Positions 39,001 to 54,000 of a stretch of DNA of 64,000 nt are shown here, piece after piece. The stretch lies in NCBI GenBank assembly GCA_950097015.1, contig CATNEN010000041.1, forward strand, positions 2,852,001 to 2,916,000, in the 5' to 3' direction. The first letter of the stretch is position 1; each line of letters opens with the position of its first letter. This stretch comes from Macrostomum hystrix (Eukaryota > Animalia > Platyhelminthes). A model generated the notes under the pieces. It was not told the origin of the DNA, ran no database searches, and saw only the letters and a list, made by a program, of their open reading frames with translations. The position numbers were made by a program, and so were the translations under genes.

Positions 39001-42000
39001 GGTGGAGATCTTAGGAGATCTGACCCAAATTACTTGATCTTGCCCTGACCGATTATTACTATTTTCGATACATATCGGCTGCTGCTTCCCTTTCTAGAGT
39101 GCGACTGCCCGGGCGGCCTGCTGTGCTCCGAGCTGACGGGCGACTGCATTTGCCCCAGCAATGTGGTTGGCGAGAAGTGCGACCGCTGTAGGAACGGCAC
39201 GTACGGCTACAATGTGGTCACCGGCTGCATGGTAACCACCTGACCCCTGTGCCACATCTTCCTCAGCTGCCAGCTAGAGCTCCATCCCACCCACTCATTT
39301 CAGCCGTGCGGCTGCAACTTGCTCGGAACAGCCAATCAGTCAGAGACCTGCGACCTGCTCACTGGACAGTGCAGGTGAGTGCAGGGATGTGGAACTGGCA
39401 GACTGGGAGAATAGTGGAACTGGGAGATTGGGAGAATATGGGAACTGGCAGACTGGGAGTATAGTGGAACTGGGAGATTGGGAGAATATGGGAACTGGCA
39501 GACTGGGAGTATAGTGGAACTGGGAGATTGGGAGAATATGGGAACTGGCAGACTGGGAGTATAGTGGAACTGGGAGATTGGGAGAATATGGGAACTGGCA
39601 GATTGGGATAAAAGTGGAACTGGCAGATTGGGAGAATAGTGGAACTGGCAGATTGGGATAAAAGTGGAACTGGCAGATTGGGAGAATAGTGGAACTGGCA
39701 GATTGGGATAAAAGTGGAACTGGCAGACTGGGAGAATAGTGGAACTGGCAGATTGGGATAAAAGTGGAACTGGCAGATTGGGAGAATAGTGGAACTGGCA
39801 GATTGGGATAAAAGTGGAACTGGCAGATTGGGAGAATAGTGGAACTGGCAGATTGGGATAAAAGTGGAACTGGCAGATTTGGAGAATAGTGGAACTGGCA
39901 GATTGGGATAAAAGTGGAACTGGCAGATTGGGAGAATAGTGGAACTGGCAGATTGGGATAAAAGTGGAACTGGCAGATTGGGAGAATAGTGGATAATACT
40001 CGTAGTATGTTGAGCTGGGATTCAAACGGATACCATTGTGATCTTGGATTGACTGACCCCTATCGCCGCCGCAGCTGCGGAGATAACATCGCTGGCCAAA
40101 AGTGCAGCTTCTGCAAGCGGGGTCACTTCGCCTTTCCTGTTTGCGAAAAGTGCAACTGCTCAGCTAGCGGAGTGCAGGAGCAGATCTGCACGGCGGACAC
40201 TGGCACCTGCGCTTGCAAGGTGAGCTGATTCTCACGGGTTGAAAACTGACTGAGAATTTAGCTCAGCTGCAGCAACTGCTAACCTGCCTAAGCCTCACTT
40301 TCTAGGAAAACGTGGCCCCGCCCACCTGTTCGGACTGCAAGCCCGGCTTCTTCCAGCTGGACCCGGCGAACCCTGCGGGCTGCACCAAATGCTTCTGCAG
40401 CGGCCTGCCCAATGTCACCTGCACCGAGGCCGACGCCAGGATGATCACGGTGCCAGGCTGGGGTGAAAGCTGCTGCGGTGAAAGCGGCTGGGGTGCTGGG
40501 GTGAATGGGTGCTGGTGTGAATGGGTGCTGGGGTGAATGGGTGCTGGGGTGAATGGGTGCTGGGGTGAATGGGTGCTGGTGTGAATGGGTGCTGGGGTGA
40601 ATGGGTGCTGGGGTGAATGGGTGCTGGTGTGAATGGGTGCTGGGGTGAATGGGTGCTGGGGTGAATGGGTGCTGGGGTGAATGGGTGCTGGGGTGAATGG
40701 GTGCTGGGGTGAATTGTGGTCTCCTAGCAATATCCGATCCCATCCAATGACCCGCAGCAATCAATGAAGCGCCTCGTGGAGCCGCTGCCGCCGGGCAGCT
40801 CAGTCGCCACCCAGCTGCTCAACGATGTGATTTTCACCCCTCCGCCGGAGGGCGCCAGCAGCTTCGCTGACTCGGCCAACCTGCTGATTGAGCTGCGCCA
40901 GCTGACTAATGAGACAATGCGGCTGTACCTGGGCCGGCTGCGCCTGGCCCTGCGGCTGGAGTTCAATGGGCCGCCAGCACCCGCTGAGCAGGACAGCTTC
41001 GTGACGCTCTGGGTGAGTGTGCTCAGGCAGAAGCCGCAAAGCTTCCCCGAGCTCAAATGCTTCTAAGATCGAACCAATTGCACTTCCAGACCAACGATGG
41101 CAACCTGCTGCGCCGCCGGATTGTGCAGGCCGGGCAACCCGCGAGCCAGGAGCTGCTCATTGAGCTGCAGCTGCACGAGGTGAGTCAGCTTGGGCTTGTC
41201 GAAATCACCCAGTTTAATTCACGCTGTGCATGGAGTGGGTGAGTGGCAGAGCGATAATGCGTTTGCCTCTCGAACAAAGGTCCTGAGCTCGAATCCGCGG
41301 GGAGGCCACATTTATTTGGGAAGCAGCCGCAGGTGCCAATCCCAGCGCAGCTGTCAATCCCAGCGCATCTGTCAATCCCAGCGCATCTGTCAATCCCAGC
41401 GCAGCTGTCAATCCCAGCGCAGCTGTCAATCCCAGCGCAGCTGTCAATCCCAGGCCCGAACCAATTCCAGACTAGTTTTCCCAAGCCGGACGGCAGCCAG
41501 CGGACTCGCCTGGAGTTGCTCGCCTTCCTGAGCCGAGTGCGCCGCATCTCCTGGCCAATCGCTGTGGTCAGCAATGTGAAAGCGGCGAGGTGAGCTGATA
41601 AGCAGACTTTCGATCTAGACGAGAATCAAACCGTTAGACAGGAACCCACCTGTTAGACAGGAACCCACCTGTTAGACAGGAACCCACCTGTTAGACAGGA
41701 ACCCACCTGTTAGACAGGAACCCACCTGTTAGACAGGAACCCACCTGTTAGATAGGAACCCACCTGTTAGACAAGAAGCAACCTGTTAGACAAGAAGCCA
41801 CCTGTTAGACAAGAAGCCACCTCTTAGACAAGAACCTACCTGTTAGACAAGAACCTACCTGTTAGACAAGAACACACCTGTTAGACAAGAACCTACCTGT
41901 TAGACATGAACGTACCTGTTAAAGAGCAACTCGCCCTGAAATGGACTTTCCAAAAAACCGCAACTGCCAGGCTGCTGGACGCCTCCATCGAGTTGGCGGA

Positions 42001-45000
42001 AGTGGCGGACGGCTCGCCGACATCCGGCAGGCCAGTCCGCGGCGTTGAGCGCTGCCTCTGCCCGAAGGAATACTCGGGCCTGTCCTGCCAGCTCCCCGGC
42101 ACCGGCTACTACATTAGCACCAATCGCGCCCGAGACATCAGCAAGCTGACCATGGAGTTGTGCTCCTGCAGCAGCCGCTCTGAGCATTGCGACCCCTTCA
42201 GTGGCCAGTGCCTGGTGAGGCCGTGGGGCTCTCGCGTGCAGCCTCGAGGGGCTGCGAATAGCTCCCTCCGGAATGGCCTCTTTACAGAATAGCTCCCTCC
42301 CATCCTGGATCCCACTCATTCTCGAATCCCCTTCCATCCTGGATCACACTCATTCTCGAATCCCCTTCCATCCTGGATCCCACTCATTCTCGAATCCCCT
42401 TCCATCCTGGATCCCACTCATTCTCGAATCCCCTTCCAACCTGGATCCCACTCATTCTCGAATCCCCTTCCATCTTGGATCCCACTCATTCTCGAATCCC
42501 CTTCCAACCTGGATCCCACTCATTCTCGAATCCCCTTCCATCCTGGATCCCACTCATTCTTGAATCCCCTTCCAGCCTGGATCCCATTCATTATTGAATC
42601 CCCTTCCATCCTGGATCCCATTCATTCTTGAATCCCCTTCCATCCTGGATCCCACTCATTCTCGAATCCCCTTCCAGCCTGGATCCCACTCATTCTCGAA
42701 TCCCCTTCCATCCTGGATCCCATTACTGACTATAGTCCTTCAAAGTCCCAGGGCAAACGCTGGCACATTTTCCGCAGAACTGTCGCGATGGATTTTACGG
42801 CAAGAACTGCGAGTGGTGCCCCTCCGGTCACGTGACTGAAGCTGGCTCGGATGGAAGGACCGTCTGCCGCCCCTGCCGCTGCCCCGGCCCGGCTGTTTCT
42901 AAGTAAGCCCGGCTCATTGAAATTTGTTCATTTCACTCCCAACACAACTTTGTCTGATATGTTCCACTCGAACATTTTCCCAAAAACTGCAGCTACAGCC
43001 AATGCAAGTTCTTCCTGTCCGCAGACAGGCAGAGGTATCCAAGGTGTCCTCGAAACTTTGCCGAGAGATGCGACGCTGTCGGAGACATAGACATTTGCAC
43101 CTGCCAGGAGGGACACGATGGACTCAACTGCGAGGCGTGAGTTGTGTGGGAATATTTCCCTTCAAATAATTTTGGGACGATCGATAAACTGCAGTGAGGC
43201 TGACTGTACGCTTAGAAGAGGAGAGAGACAAGAAAGATTGACTATTAATGTTGAATTTGAGGACAAAAATGTTTTCACTCGCGCAGCTGCAGGCCAGGTT
43301 ACTATGGCGACCCGGAACGCAACATGCCCTGCCGACCCTGCCCGTGCAACGGAAACATTAAGCTGGTTGCTGGCGCCTGTCACAATGTCACTGGCGAGTG
43401 CCTGCGCTGCCAGAACTCCACGGGCTACTACTGCGAGCTGTGCAGCGACTGGATGTACGGAGACTCCGTGAATGCCAAGAACTGCAGTGGTGAGCTTCAG
43501 AGGCAGATTCCCCAGTCCCAGATTGGCAGATTCCCCAGTCCCAGATTGGCAGATTCCCCAGTCTCAGATTTGTAGATTCCCCAGTCCCAGATTGGCAGAT
43601 TCCCCAGTCCCAGATTGGCAGATTCTCCAGTCGGTTTCTTAGAAACGCCCCCACCCAATCTCCATGCCAGCCTGCGCCTGCAATCGCAACGGCACAGTGA
43701 AGTGCAACCGGCGCACCGGCGAGTGCCTCTGCAAGGCTGGCGTCCGCGGCGCCACCTGCTCCGAGTGCGAGCGCGACCGCTGGGGCTTCGGCTCGCCAGG
43801 TGGCTGCCGCGACTGCGACTGCGGCAACGCCAGCGTGGACTCACAGTGCGATGCCAACAGCGGCATCTGCCAATGCAAACCAGGCGTCACTGGGGACAAG
43901 TGCGATAGGTGCCTGCCCGGTTACTATGGCTACGGGCCGGATGGGTGCAAGGGTGAGCGCTGGAACTGCAGCCTGGGTGTTCGCAGCAAAAGCAGCAAAT
44001 ACGAGGTTATTATTTGACGACGCTTTCCCCGCTCGCCCCTCTCTCGCAGAATGCAGCAACTGCATCGGGCCGAATTTCGTCGGCTGCGACAATGTCACCG
44101 GAGAGTGCCGCTGCGTTGACGGCGTCCGCGGCGACCGCTGCAACATCTGCCGTCGGGGCTGGCTGGATACCCCGCTAGGAGGCTGCAAAGTCTGCGACAG
44201 CTGCATCTTCATGCTCATAGATAGCGTGGACTCAGCCAATGCCAGCATGCAGGCGCTGCGGGCCGAGCGCACGGAAGTGCTCAATGGAAGCTCACTGGAA
44301 CGCCTGCTGTTTAGCATTGATAACGAGCTGGAGGAACTCAGGGTGAGCTTTGACGTCACTAGAAATTCAAATTCATTCTACATTCCTCCCACACATCTCT
44401 CATTTCTCTCCTCTCCTCTCCTCTCCTCTCCTCTCCTCGTGTCCCGTGCATCCCCATCTGATCCTCACTCCTCTGTTGCAGGTCTCGGCTGAGAGTCTGT
44501 CGGATGAAGGCAGTCGCGATGCGGGCCTCGTCCCAATAAAGGACGGCCTCGGCGAGCTCAACAGGCAACAGGAAATCAACGATAACCAGGTGAGTGAGCT
44601 GCCATAGCACTGGCTTTGCTAGTGCTTAGCACAGGCATTACTCACCCCTGCCGACCCTCACGGTTGTAGGCGCCGGCTCTCATGATGGACCGGAACGACA
44701 CCAGGAACCTGGCGGAGCAGGCCGTGAGCAGTCTCCAATCGCTGGAGAACTCAAGCCAGCTGCTCGAGACCGAAGCTTCCGGTAATAGCCCCGACCACCG
44801 CAAATCCGAAACTCCCATCCATTTTGAAATTCTGCCTGTCTAACTCTCATCCCGATCCACTGTGGAACTCTCATCCCCACCCACTGTGGAACTCTCATCC
44901 CCACCCACTGTGGAACTCTCATTCCCATCCACTGTGGAACTCTCATCCCCATCCACTGTGGAACTCTCATCCCCATCCACTGTGGAACTCTCATTCCCAT

Positions 45001-48000
45001 CCACTGTGGAACTCTCATTCCCATCCACTCTGGAACTCTCATCCCCATCCACTGTGGAACTCTCATTCCCATCCACTGTGGAACTCTCATTCCCACCCAC
45101 TGTGGAACTCTCATTCCCATCCACTGTGGAACTCTCATTCCCATCCACTGTGGAACTCTCATTCCCATCCACTGTGGAACTCTCATTCCCATCCACTGTG
45201 GAACTCTCATTCCCATCCACTCTGGAACTCTCATCCCCATCCACTGTGGAACTCTCATTCCCATCCACTGTGGAACTCTCATTCCCACCCACTGTGGAAC
45301 TCTCATCCCCATCCACTGTGGAACTCTCATTCCCATCCACTGTGGAACTCTCATTCCCATCCACTGTGGAACTCTCATTCCCATCCACTGTGGAACTCTC
45401 ATTCCCACCCACTGTGGAACTCTCATTCCCATCCACTGTGGAACTCTCATCCCCACCCACTGTGGAACTCTCATCCCCATCCACTGTGGAACTCTCATTC
45501 CCATCCACTGTGGAACTCTCATCCCCACCCACTGTGGAACTCTCATCCCCATCCACTGTGGAGCTTTGGACCCGCCGCCCTCCCCGCAGGCCTCCTCGAG
45601 CTGCTGCGGGAGAGTCGAAACCGCAGCGACGCCTTTGTCAGCCGACCCGAGTACGCGGAGGCCTCGCAGCTGTTGGCCAACGAGACGGAGGACTTCTGGG
45701 CCAGGAAGACCCGCCTGCTGGCTCCCATCGAGGCCGGGGAGAGGGCGTCTCGCTCACGGGAGCAAACCAGTGAGTGCTTGCCGCTGGTTGAGACTGCTTT
45801 GAGCATAAGGGAAAGGGGAATGAGGGTGCGACTTCCCTAAGCAGTATTTTGAGAAAAGCATTGCGACTGATATATAAAGTAAAGGCTCACTAAATTTTTT
45901 CTCCGCCGAGATTGGACTCCAGTGCTGATTTCCTGACTCCCCGCTCCCCGCACCGCAGTGCGCGGCAGCCTGCAGCAGGTGAAGGCGCAGCTCAGCAACA
46001 GCACCGAGGAGGCGGCCTCCCCATCTCCCAGCCTCTCCTACGCCTCATCCTACCTGAACGCCGTGCTCAACCTGAGTGGCGAGGCCATGGCGGGAGCGGC
46101 CGACGCGAAGGCCCGCCTCCTGCGGCTTGGCGCGCAGATCGCCGAGCTGGACGGTGCGGCCAGCAGCGGTGCAGCCGAAACGCGGCGGCTCGAGAGCAGC
46201 GCCGCCAACATCAGGGATCGGCTGAATGCGTCCGCGGAGGTGGGCGAGATTCGGATTGGGATGCGAGTTTTCATTTTAAATGGGATTCGAACCCAGTATT
46301 GAGAAGAGATTCGAACCCGGGATTGAGAAGGGATTGGAGTCCGAGATTAAGAAGGGATTCGAAACTGGAGTGAAATGAGATTGAAATGGAGATTCCAGTC
46401 CGGGATGGAGAAGGGATTCGAGTCCGGGATGGAGAAGGGATTCGAGTCCGGGATGGAGAAGGGATTCGAGTCCGGGATGGAGAAGAGTTTCGAGTCCGGG
46501 ATCGAGAAGGGATTCGAGTTCCCGATTAAAAATCTATTAGAGTCTGATTTTAAGTTGGGATTTGGGGTTTTAGTCTTGTTTGAGTAGGGATCACGATCGT
46601 ATGCAGGGAGTTTACCCCCGTACCCGCAGTGGCTGACAAACCTGTCCGAGTCCAACCAGCTGGAGGGCCTGCGCGCTCAGGTCTACAAGGTGCACAGCGA
46701 ACTGCGCGACTTCTCCAGCAGCTCTGCCATCGTCAGCGCCCGATCCAGACGGGAAGCCGCGGAAGTGAACTTTGAGGCGGCCCGCGTAGCCGTGGATCAG
46801 CAGGTGCAGCGGTTGAGCAGCAATGACGAGCTCGTGGGCCTCATCCTGCAGCCGCTCCTGGCCACAGGCAGCAGTGCCGAGTTTGACCTGCTGCAGTCCA
46901 CCCGCGGGATTGCCACCAACGCCAAGAGTCGCGCCGAGACCGCCAAAGGCCTGTCGTTGCGTGCGATGGCCGTGCTCAGTGGCACCGACAACGCGACGGC
47001 CACCCGCCTTGTGGCGCAGAACAACTCAAACTGGGCGAAACTGGTTGACAAGCACGTTCAGGGTGAGTGACTGACTGGCTGGGTGAGTGACTGGCTGGCT
47101 GGGTGAGTGACTGACTGGCTGGGTGAGTGACTGACTGGCTGGGTGAGTGACTGACTGGCTGGGTGAGTGACTGACTGGCTGGGTGAGTGACTGGCTGGCT
47201 GGGTGAGTGACTGACTGACTGGGTGAGTGACTGACTGGCTGGGTGAGTGACTGACTGGCTGGGTGAGTGACTGGCTGGCTGGATGAGTGACTGGCTGGCT
47301 GGATGAGTGACTGGCTGGCTGGGTGAGTGACTGACTGGCTGGATGAGTGACTGGCTGGCTGGGTGAGTGACTGGCTGGCTGGATGAGTGACTGGCTGGCT
47401 GGATGAGTGACTGGCTGGCTGGATGAGTGACTGGCTGGCTGGATGAGTGACTGGCTGGCTGGGTGAGTGACTGACTGGCTGGATGAGTGACTGGCTGGCT
47501 GGGTGAGTGACTGGCTGGCTGGATGAGTGACTGGCTGGCTGGATGAGTGACTGGCTGGCTGGATGAGTGACTGGCTGGCTGGATGAGTGACTGGCTGGCT
47601 GGATGAGTGACTGACTAGCTGGCTGGGTGAGTGACTGGCTGGCTGGATGAGTGACTGACTGGCTGGCTGGGTGAGTGACTGACTGGCTGGATGAGTGACT
47701 GGCTGGCTGGGTGAGTGACTGGCTGGCTGGGTGAGTGACTGGCTGGCTGGATGAGTGACTGGCTGGCTGGATGAGTGACTGACTAGCTGGCTGGGTGAGT
47801 GACTGGCTGGCTGGATGAGTGACTGGCTGGCTGGATGAGTGACTGGCTGGCTGGGTGAATTACTCATGTCTGTCCGAATGACTTGAATGGCTAGGGTAGT
47901 GACTGGCATGAATTCGTTAATCCTTAATCCCATCGCAGCGATGGTGGACAAGGTGAAATCGAAGGCCTCTCAAATCGGCGAGCTCAACTCGCGCGCCGTG

Positions 48001-51000
48001 CAGTTCCGACAGGCGAAGTTCATCAACGAAGTCGACTCAGCGGTCGGGGACCTGAGCGCGGCTGCTGATGCTGGTGAGTTTGGCCTTGACATTTGTGCCA
48101 CCCGTGGCTAGATTCTCACCAGCCTACTACTAGCAGTGAGCAATGCGCATTTGCCGTAAAATTGCAGCCGAAGCCCGCGTGGCCGTCCTGGAAGGCGCGA
48201 ACTCCAGCAGCGAGCCGCAACGGCAGATCCAGCTGAAGCTGGCGGACCTGGAGGCTGGGCGGGACGGAATCCGGGTGGCCTCCGAGGACGTCAGCCGAAG
48301 ACAAGAGAAGGCCAGCGCTGAGCTGCGGCTGAGTGAAGACAAACGTGAGGGACAGTTTGGGAGGGACAGTTCGAGATGGACAGTTCGGGATGGACAGTTC
48401 GGGATGGACAGTTCGGGATGGACAGTTCGGGATGGACAGTTCGGGATGGACAGTTCGGGATGGACAGTTCGGGATGGACAGTTCGGGATGGACAGTTCGG
48501 GATGGACAGTTCGGGATGGACAGTTCGGGATGGACAGGAGGGGATGGAAGGACTGTATTCACATACTACTTACTAAGTAGTTGGTGTTCACTCTGGCCAC
48601 CCGCAGTGCGGGAGCTCAGTGGCAACCTGCAGGCGATGCGCAGCGCCCTGCGGCCGGCCGGCAACTCCAGCAGCGGCCTGGCGGCCAAGCTCAGCGGCCT
48701 GCGGGAGCGGCTGAACCTGCTGCGCGACCAAATCAGCAGCACCAGGCTGGGCCTGCGGACCCTGACGGAGCGGGTCAACTCGGTCAGTGATTCACCTGTT
48801 AGATTGTCTGATAGATCCTTGAAGGTGTTAGGCAAGGTGTCAACTGTTAGACAATGTGTTAGATGTTAATCTCGAAATCAGAGACAGCAACCCCACACTG
48901 AGAAGCCTCATACTCCCAATCCTGAGCCTGAGCACCCATTCCAACCTCGCCCACAGCTTGAGTACGCGAGGATATTCGGCAGGAACGACTCCATGACGCT
49001 GCCAGTTGAGGACGTGGCCGACTTGGCCACTTTGAACCGACTGCGCATCAGCTTCATCCCGTCTGAGCAAAGCGGCCTGCTGGCTGTGCTGGCCGACGTG
49101 CGGCAGGTGAGCTGCAGGGGTTTCCACACTCAGCTTATTCAGTGGTCCTGAGTTCAGTGGTCCTGAGTTCAGTGGTCCTGAGTTCAGTGGTCCTGAGTTC
49201 AGTGGTCCTGAGTTCAGTGGTCCTGAGTTCAGTGGTCCTGAGTTCAGTGGTCCTGAGTTCAGTGGTCCTGAGTTCAGTGGTCCTGCGTTCAGTGGTCCTG
49301 AGTTCAGTGGTCCTGAGTTCAGTGGTCCTGCTGAGTTCAGTGGTCCTGAGTTCAGTGGTCCTGAGTTCAGTGGTTCTGAGTTCAGTGGTCCTGAGTTCAG
49401 TGGTCCTGAGTTCTAGCTCAAGGTCCCTTATTCTGAGCTGATAGCCTACAGCCTCTAATTAGCTTCTGAATGCCGCGAATTTAAACTCTGACAGCGAAGA
49501 ACTGCTCAAACTACTCGTAAATATCCTCAGAACACCGTGGCTTACTACACATCGGTGCACATTCTGAACAACCAGCTGGCTTTTGGGAGCAGCGACGGCC
49601 CCGGCAACGAAGGTAGCCTAATGACATTCACGCCCCTCACCCTGCGGCCCGGCCGGCTGTACGCCGCCACCGTGGAGCGGTACCGCCGCAACCTGGCCGT
49701 CTCGGTGTGGGACTCGGCCTCGGGCCGGTACTACAGCAACCATTACAGCCTGCGGACAGCTGCCCTGTTCCCCGCAATGCGCCAGTTCTCAACCAGCCTG
49801 CACCTGGGTGGACTGCCCGCTCACCTGGCCACCAGGGTGAGACTACGGGCCGCAATACTTTGAATAGACCTGTGATTAACAGGTGTTGGGACCAGTCTTC
49901 CCCGCCCCCTCACCGCATCAGTACATGGCTCTCAGTTCCCAAATGCTTGCAGTTCGCAGAGCGGCAACCGCAGCAGTGGGGCGGCTTCGCCGGCACCATC
50001 CTGGGAGTCTCGCTGAACGGACAGCCGCTAAACCTGTGGCAGTTCACCGCGCGGACAGGCGTGAGGCTGCAGCAGATCTCCGAGTAAGTTGGGCATTTTG
50101 GGATGAATAATCCTGCAAGGGAAAAACAGAAGATCCCAATCAACTCAAGGTCCCAATCAACTCAAGATCCCAATCAACTCAAGATCCCAATCAACTCATG
50201 ATCCCAAACAACTCAAGATCCCAATCAACTCAAGATCCAAATTCACTCAAGATCCCAATCAACTCAAGATCCCAATCAATTCAAGATCCCAAACAACTCA
50301 AGATCCCAAACAACTCAAGATCCCAATCAACTCAAGATCTCAATAAACTCAAGATCCCAGTCAACTCAAGATCCCAATCAATTCAAGATCCCAATCAACT
50401 CAAGATCCCAGTCAACTCTATAGACAAGAATGATCCCAGAATTCCAGTCCAGTCCGTCCAATTCCTCCTGTCCGTCGCCCGGTCCGCAGAGCATTGCCCG
50501 GCTCGGCCACCAGCTACTACCTGGACGGGGACACCTGGGCCATCATAAACGAGGCCTTCGGCAGCTCGGCCGTGAAGTTTCTCTCTGACGAGCGGCTTGA
50601 ATTCTCGCTGGCCACGCACTCGCCCGACTCCGCCCTGCTGCGGCCCGGCGCCGCCTCCGCCCGCGGCAGCCACGGCCTGATCGAGCTCCACACCGAGTCC
50701 GGCCGCCTGGTTGCCATGGTAACCAGTCCGAGCGCCTCTGGCGAGAGTCGCACCGTCCGACTGGCTTCGCGCGAACGCATCGACGATGGACGGGAACGCG
50801 GCGTCCGGCTGGAAATGAAGGCGCAGAAGCTGCGCCTGCTGATGGACGGTCAGCTGCAGGATGAGAAAGGGTTCGAACCCTCGATCTTCTACAACGAATT
50901 CATTCTGGCACCGGAGCCTGCGGATGACAGGTCTGATGCCTTGATTATTGTGAAGCCCGTTCTAAATTCTTGTGAAAGCCCGAAAAACTGGAAAAACCTG

Positions 51001-54000
51001 AAACCCTGCAGCTCGGGCCGGTTCATCGGCCAGGTTTACAGCCTGGCCTTTAACGGCAATCAATCGCTGAACATCCAGTTCTCCGGCAACACCAGCCGGG
51101 CGGTGAACTCCAGCAGGGACAGCATGGTGAGGGACTCGAACTTTAAGTTTTTGCCTTGCGCTGGAAGTCCGGAGCGAGCCTCATGCCCCCGAACGATTTC
51201 CAGATGTCCCGGTTCGTCAAGGTCAGTCGCGATACGCAGCTGGAGCTGCCGCTGAGGCGGAGCGTGTCTGGCAGCTCCGGCACCGGCATCGAGGTGTCGG
51301 CTGGGGTCCTGGTCCGGCGCCTGGAGGGCCTCATCTTCAAGCTGCGCGATGGTAAGGGCTGCTTTTGAGCTGCTTCTGAGATGCTTCTGACTTGCCTATG
51401 AGCTGCCTCTCTGCTCTTGGGTTCGCGGCCTGTATTTTCTCTTCCTACCCCCCTCGCGCGCAGACTCGCAGGGCAAGAATCTGACGGTGTTCTTTCAGAG
51501 CGGCATCCTGTCCATGGGCCAGGAGTACATTAACAACGGCCGCGTGGTGCAGGACACACTCAGCCAGCTCATCGGCATGACCGAGTCCAAGTTCTACAAC
51601 CTGTACTTCCGGTTCAACCAGGGAGAGTGAGTCGGCCTGGAAACACATCAGGGATGAGAGTGAACACTTCAGGGATGAGAGTGAACACTTCAGGGATGAG
51701 AGTTAACACCTCAGGGATGAGAGTGAGCACCTCAGGGATGAGAGTTAACACTTCAGGGATGAGAGTTAACACCTCAGGGATGAGAGTGAGCACCTCAGGG
51801 ATGAGAGTGAGCACCTCAGGGATGAGAGTGAGCACCTCAGGGATGAGAGTGAACACCTCAGGGATGAGAGTGAGCACCTCAGGGATGAGAGTGAACACCT
51901 TGAGGGATTATAGTCAACACCTCAGGGATGAGTGTGAACACCTCAGGGATTATAGTTAACACCTCAGGGATGAGTGTGAACACCTCAGGGATGAGAGTGA
52001 ACACCTCAGGGATGAGAGTGAACACCTTGAGGGTGAGAGTGAACAACTTAGGGACGAGAGTGAACACCTCAAGGATGAGAGTGAACAACTTAGGGATGAG
52101 AGTGAACACCTCAAGGATGAAAGTGAACACCTCGAGAACCAATTTTCTCACACTTTCCTGAACCTTCGAATTTTTTAAATTTCTACTGTAAGTAGTCTGT
52201 TGCCACTTAAAGCTCTTACCAGTTATAAACGAAAGCCCATTTATGTGCCCAGGGTCAGCCTGGAGCTGAACGGCATCAAGCGGAGCCGCTTCATCAGCCG
52301 AAACATCAACCTGCAGAGCCTCCAGCTGGGCGGCGGCTTCGACGGCTGCGTCAAGGACCTGGTGGTCAACGACACGTGAGTCCCAGTGAGGCAGTCCCAG
52401 TGAGGCAGACCCAGTCAGGCAGTCCCAGTCAGGCAGTCCCAGTCAGGCAGTCCCAGTCAGGCAGTCCCAGTAAGGCAGTCCCAGTAAGGCAGTCCCAGTT
52501 CTCCGACTCCATCGATCACGCAGGCTGATTCACCTGCGCTCGCTACTGAAAGTAGTCTCTGGCGGGCGCAGCAGCGTAAAGTTCGCATCCTGCGGCGCCA
52601 TCGACGCGGACGGACACGTGGAAGGCGGCGCCGATGGCGGCGCGGACCTGCGGGTGCTGGACGGCTGCGGCCGGAGCAGCTCGCCGGTGAGGCGCGACTT
52701 CCCCGACGCCGTGCTCTACAGCGCCAAGTGGGGTGGCTTCACGCGCCTGGGCGAGCCATCCGGCTCCTTCGCCACCTTCGGGCTGAGCTTCCGGGCCACG
52801 AGCGGCACGGGAATCCTGCTGACATTCGACAACCTCATGGACAACCTGATCGTGTTTCTGCACAGCGGCTGGCTCTACGTCTATAACGAGATCCAGAAGT
52901 CCTACTGCCGCAGCGCCAGGGCTGTCGGCGACGGGCGCTGGCACCGGCTGGAGTTCAACAAGGCGCGCGCCAGAGTCGGCGTCGACAACGACACAATGGA
53001 CTGCAGCATCAGCAACGGCTTCTACAGCGTCATAGAGGGCTACTTCCGGGTCACGCTTGGAGGCCTGCCGGCTGACGCACTGGCTCTGAAGCAGGAGTCC
53101 ATCACCAAGGTGAGTGACTCGGCGCCACGGCTGCTCAGGTTGCTGGGGAGATTCACACTGGCGGCTCGCAGCCTCACCCCCATCCTCCCTCCTCCCCCAA
53201 GGATCTGCAAAGCTTCTCCGGCTGCATCCGGGATGTGGAGTTCCTGAATGAGGCCAACTCGCGCCTGGAGCGAGCGCCCGGCGAGGAAGTGAACACCGAC
53301 AGCTGCCGGGAGGACATCGAGGAGGGAGTTGGCTTCCAGGCCGCGGCTGTCGCCACAAGCCTTTACAGCACCTGTGAGCACCACAAGGACTCTTGGATTC
53401 ATCCGTCACTCTGCTTGGATTCATCCGTCACTCTGCTTGGATTCATCCGTCACTCTGCTTGGATTCATCCGTCACTCTGCTTGGATTCACCCGTCACTCT
53501 GCTTGGATTCATCCGTCACTCTGCTTGGATTCACCCGTCACTCTGCTTGGATTCACCCGTCACTCTGCTTGGATTCATCCGTCACTCTGCTTGGATTCAT
53601 CCGTCACTCTGCTTGGATTCATCCGTCACTCTGCTTGAATTCATCCGTCACTCTGCTTGGATTCGTCCTTCACTCTGCTTGGATCCATCCTTCACTCTGC
53701 TTGGATCCATCCTTCACTCTGCTTGGATCCATCCGTCACTTTGCTTGGATCCATCCGTCACTCTGCTTGGATCCATTCGTCACTCTGCTTGGATCCATCC
53801 GTCACTCTGCTTGGATCCATCCGTCACTCTGCTTGGATCTATCCGTCTCTCTGTTTATCGTGCAACTCTCATCCCCACCCCGATTCCCCTCGCTCCCCAG
53901 CCCTGGTGAGCCTGCTCCCCCGCAATCGCATCAGCCTGATGCTGAAGCCGCGCCTGTCCACCGGGACCCTGCTCGGCCTGGTTGAGAGCAGAGGCGGCAA

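Noticed and set aside
44680-45840. 238-338-aa repetitive ORFs in four frames
   Set aside because: 24-bp intronic minisatellite between phase-matched laminin exons 29 and 30.
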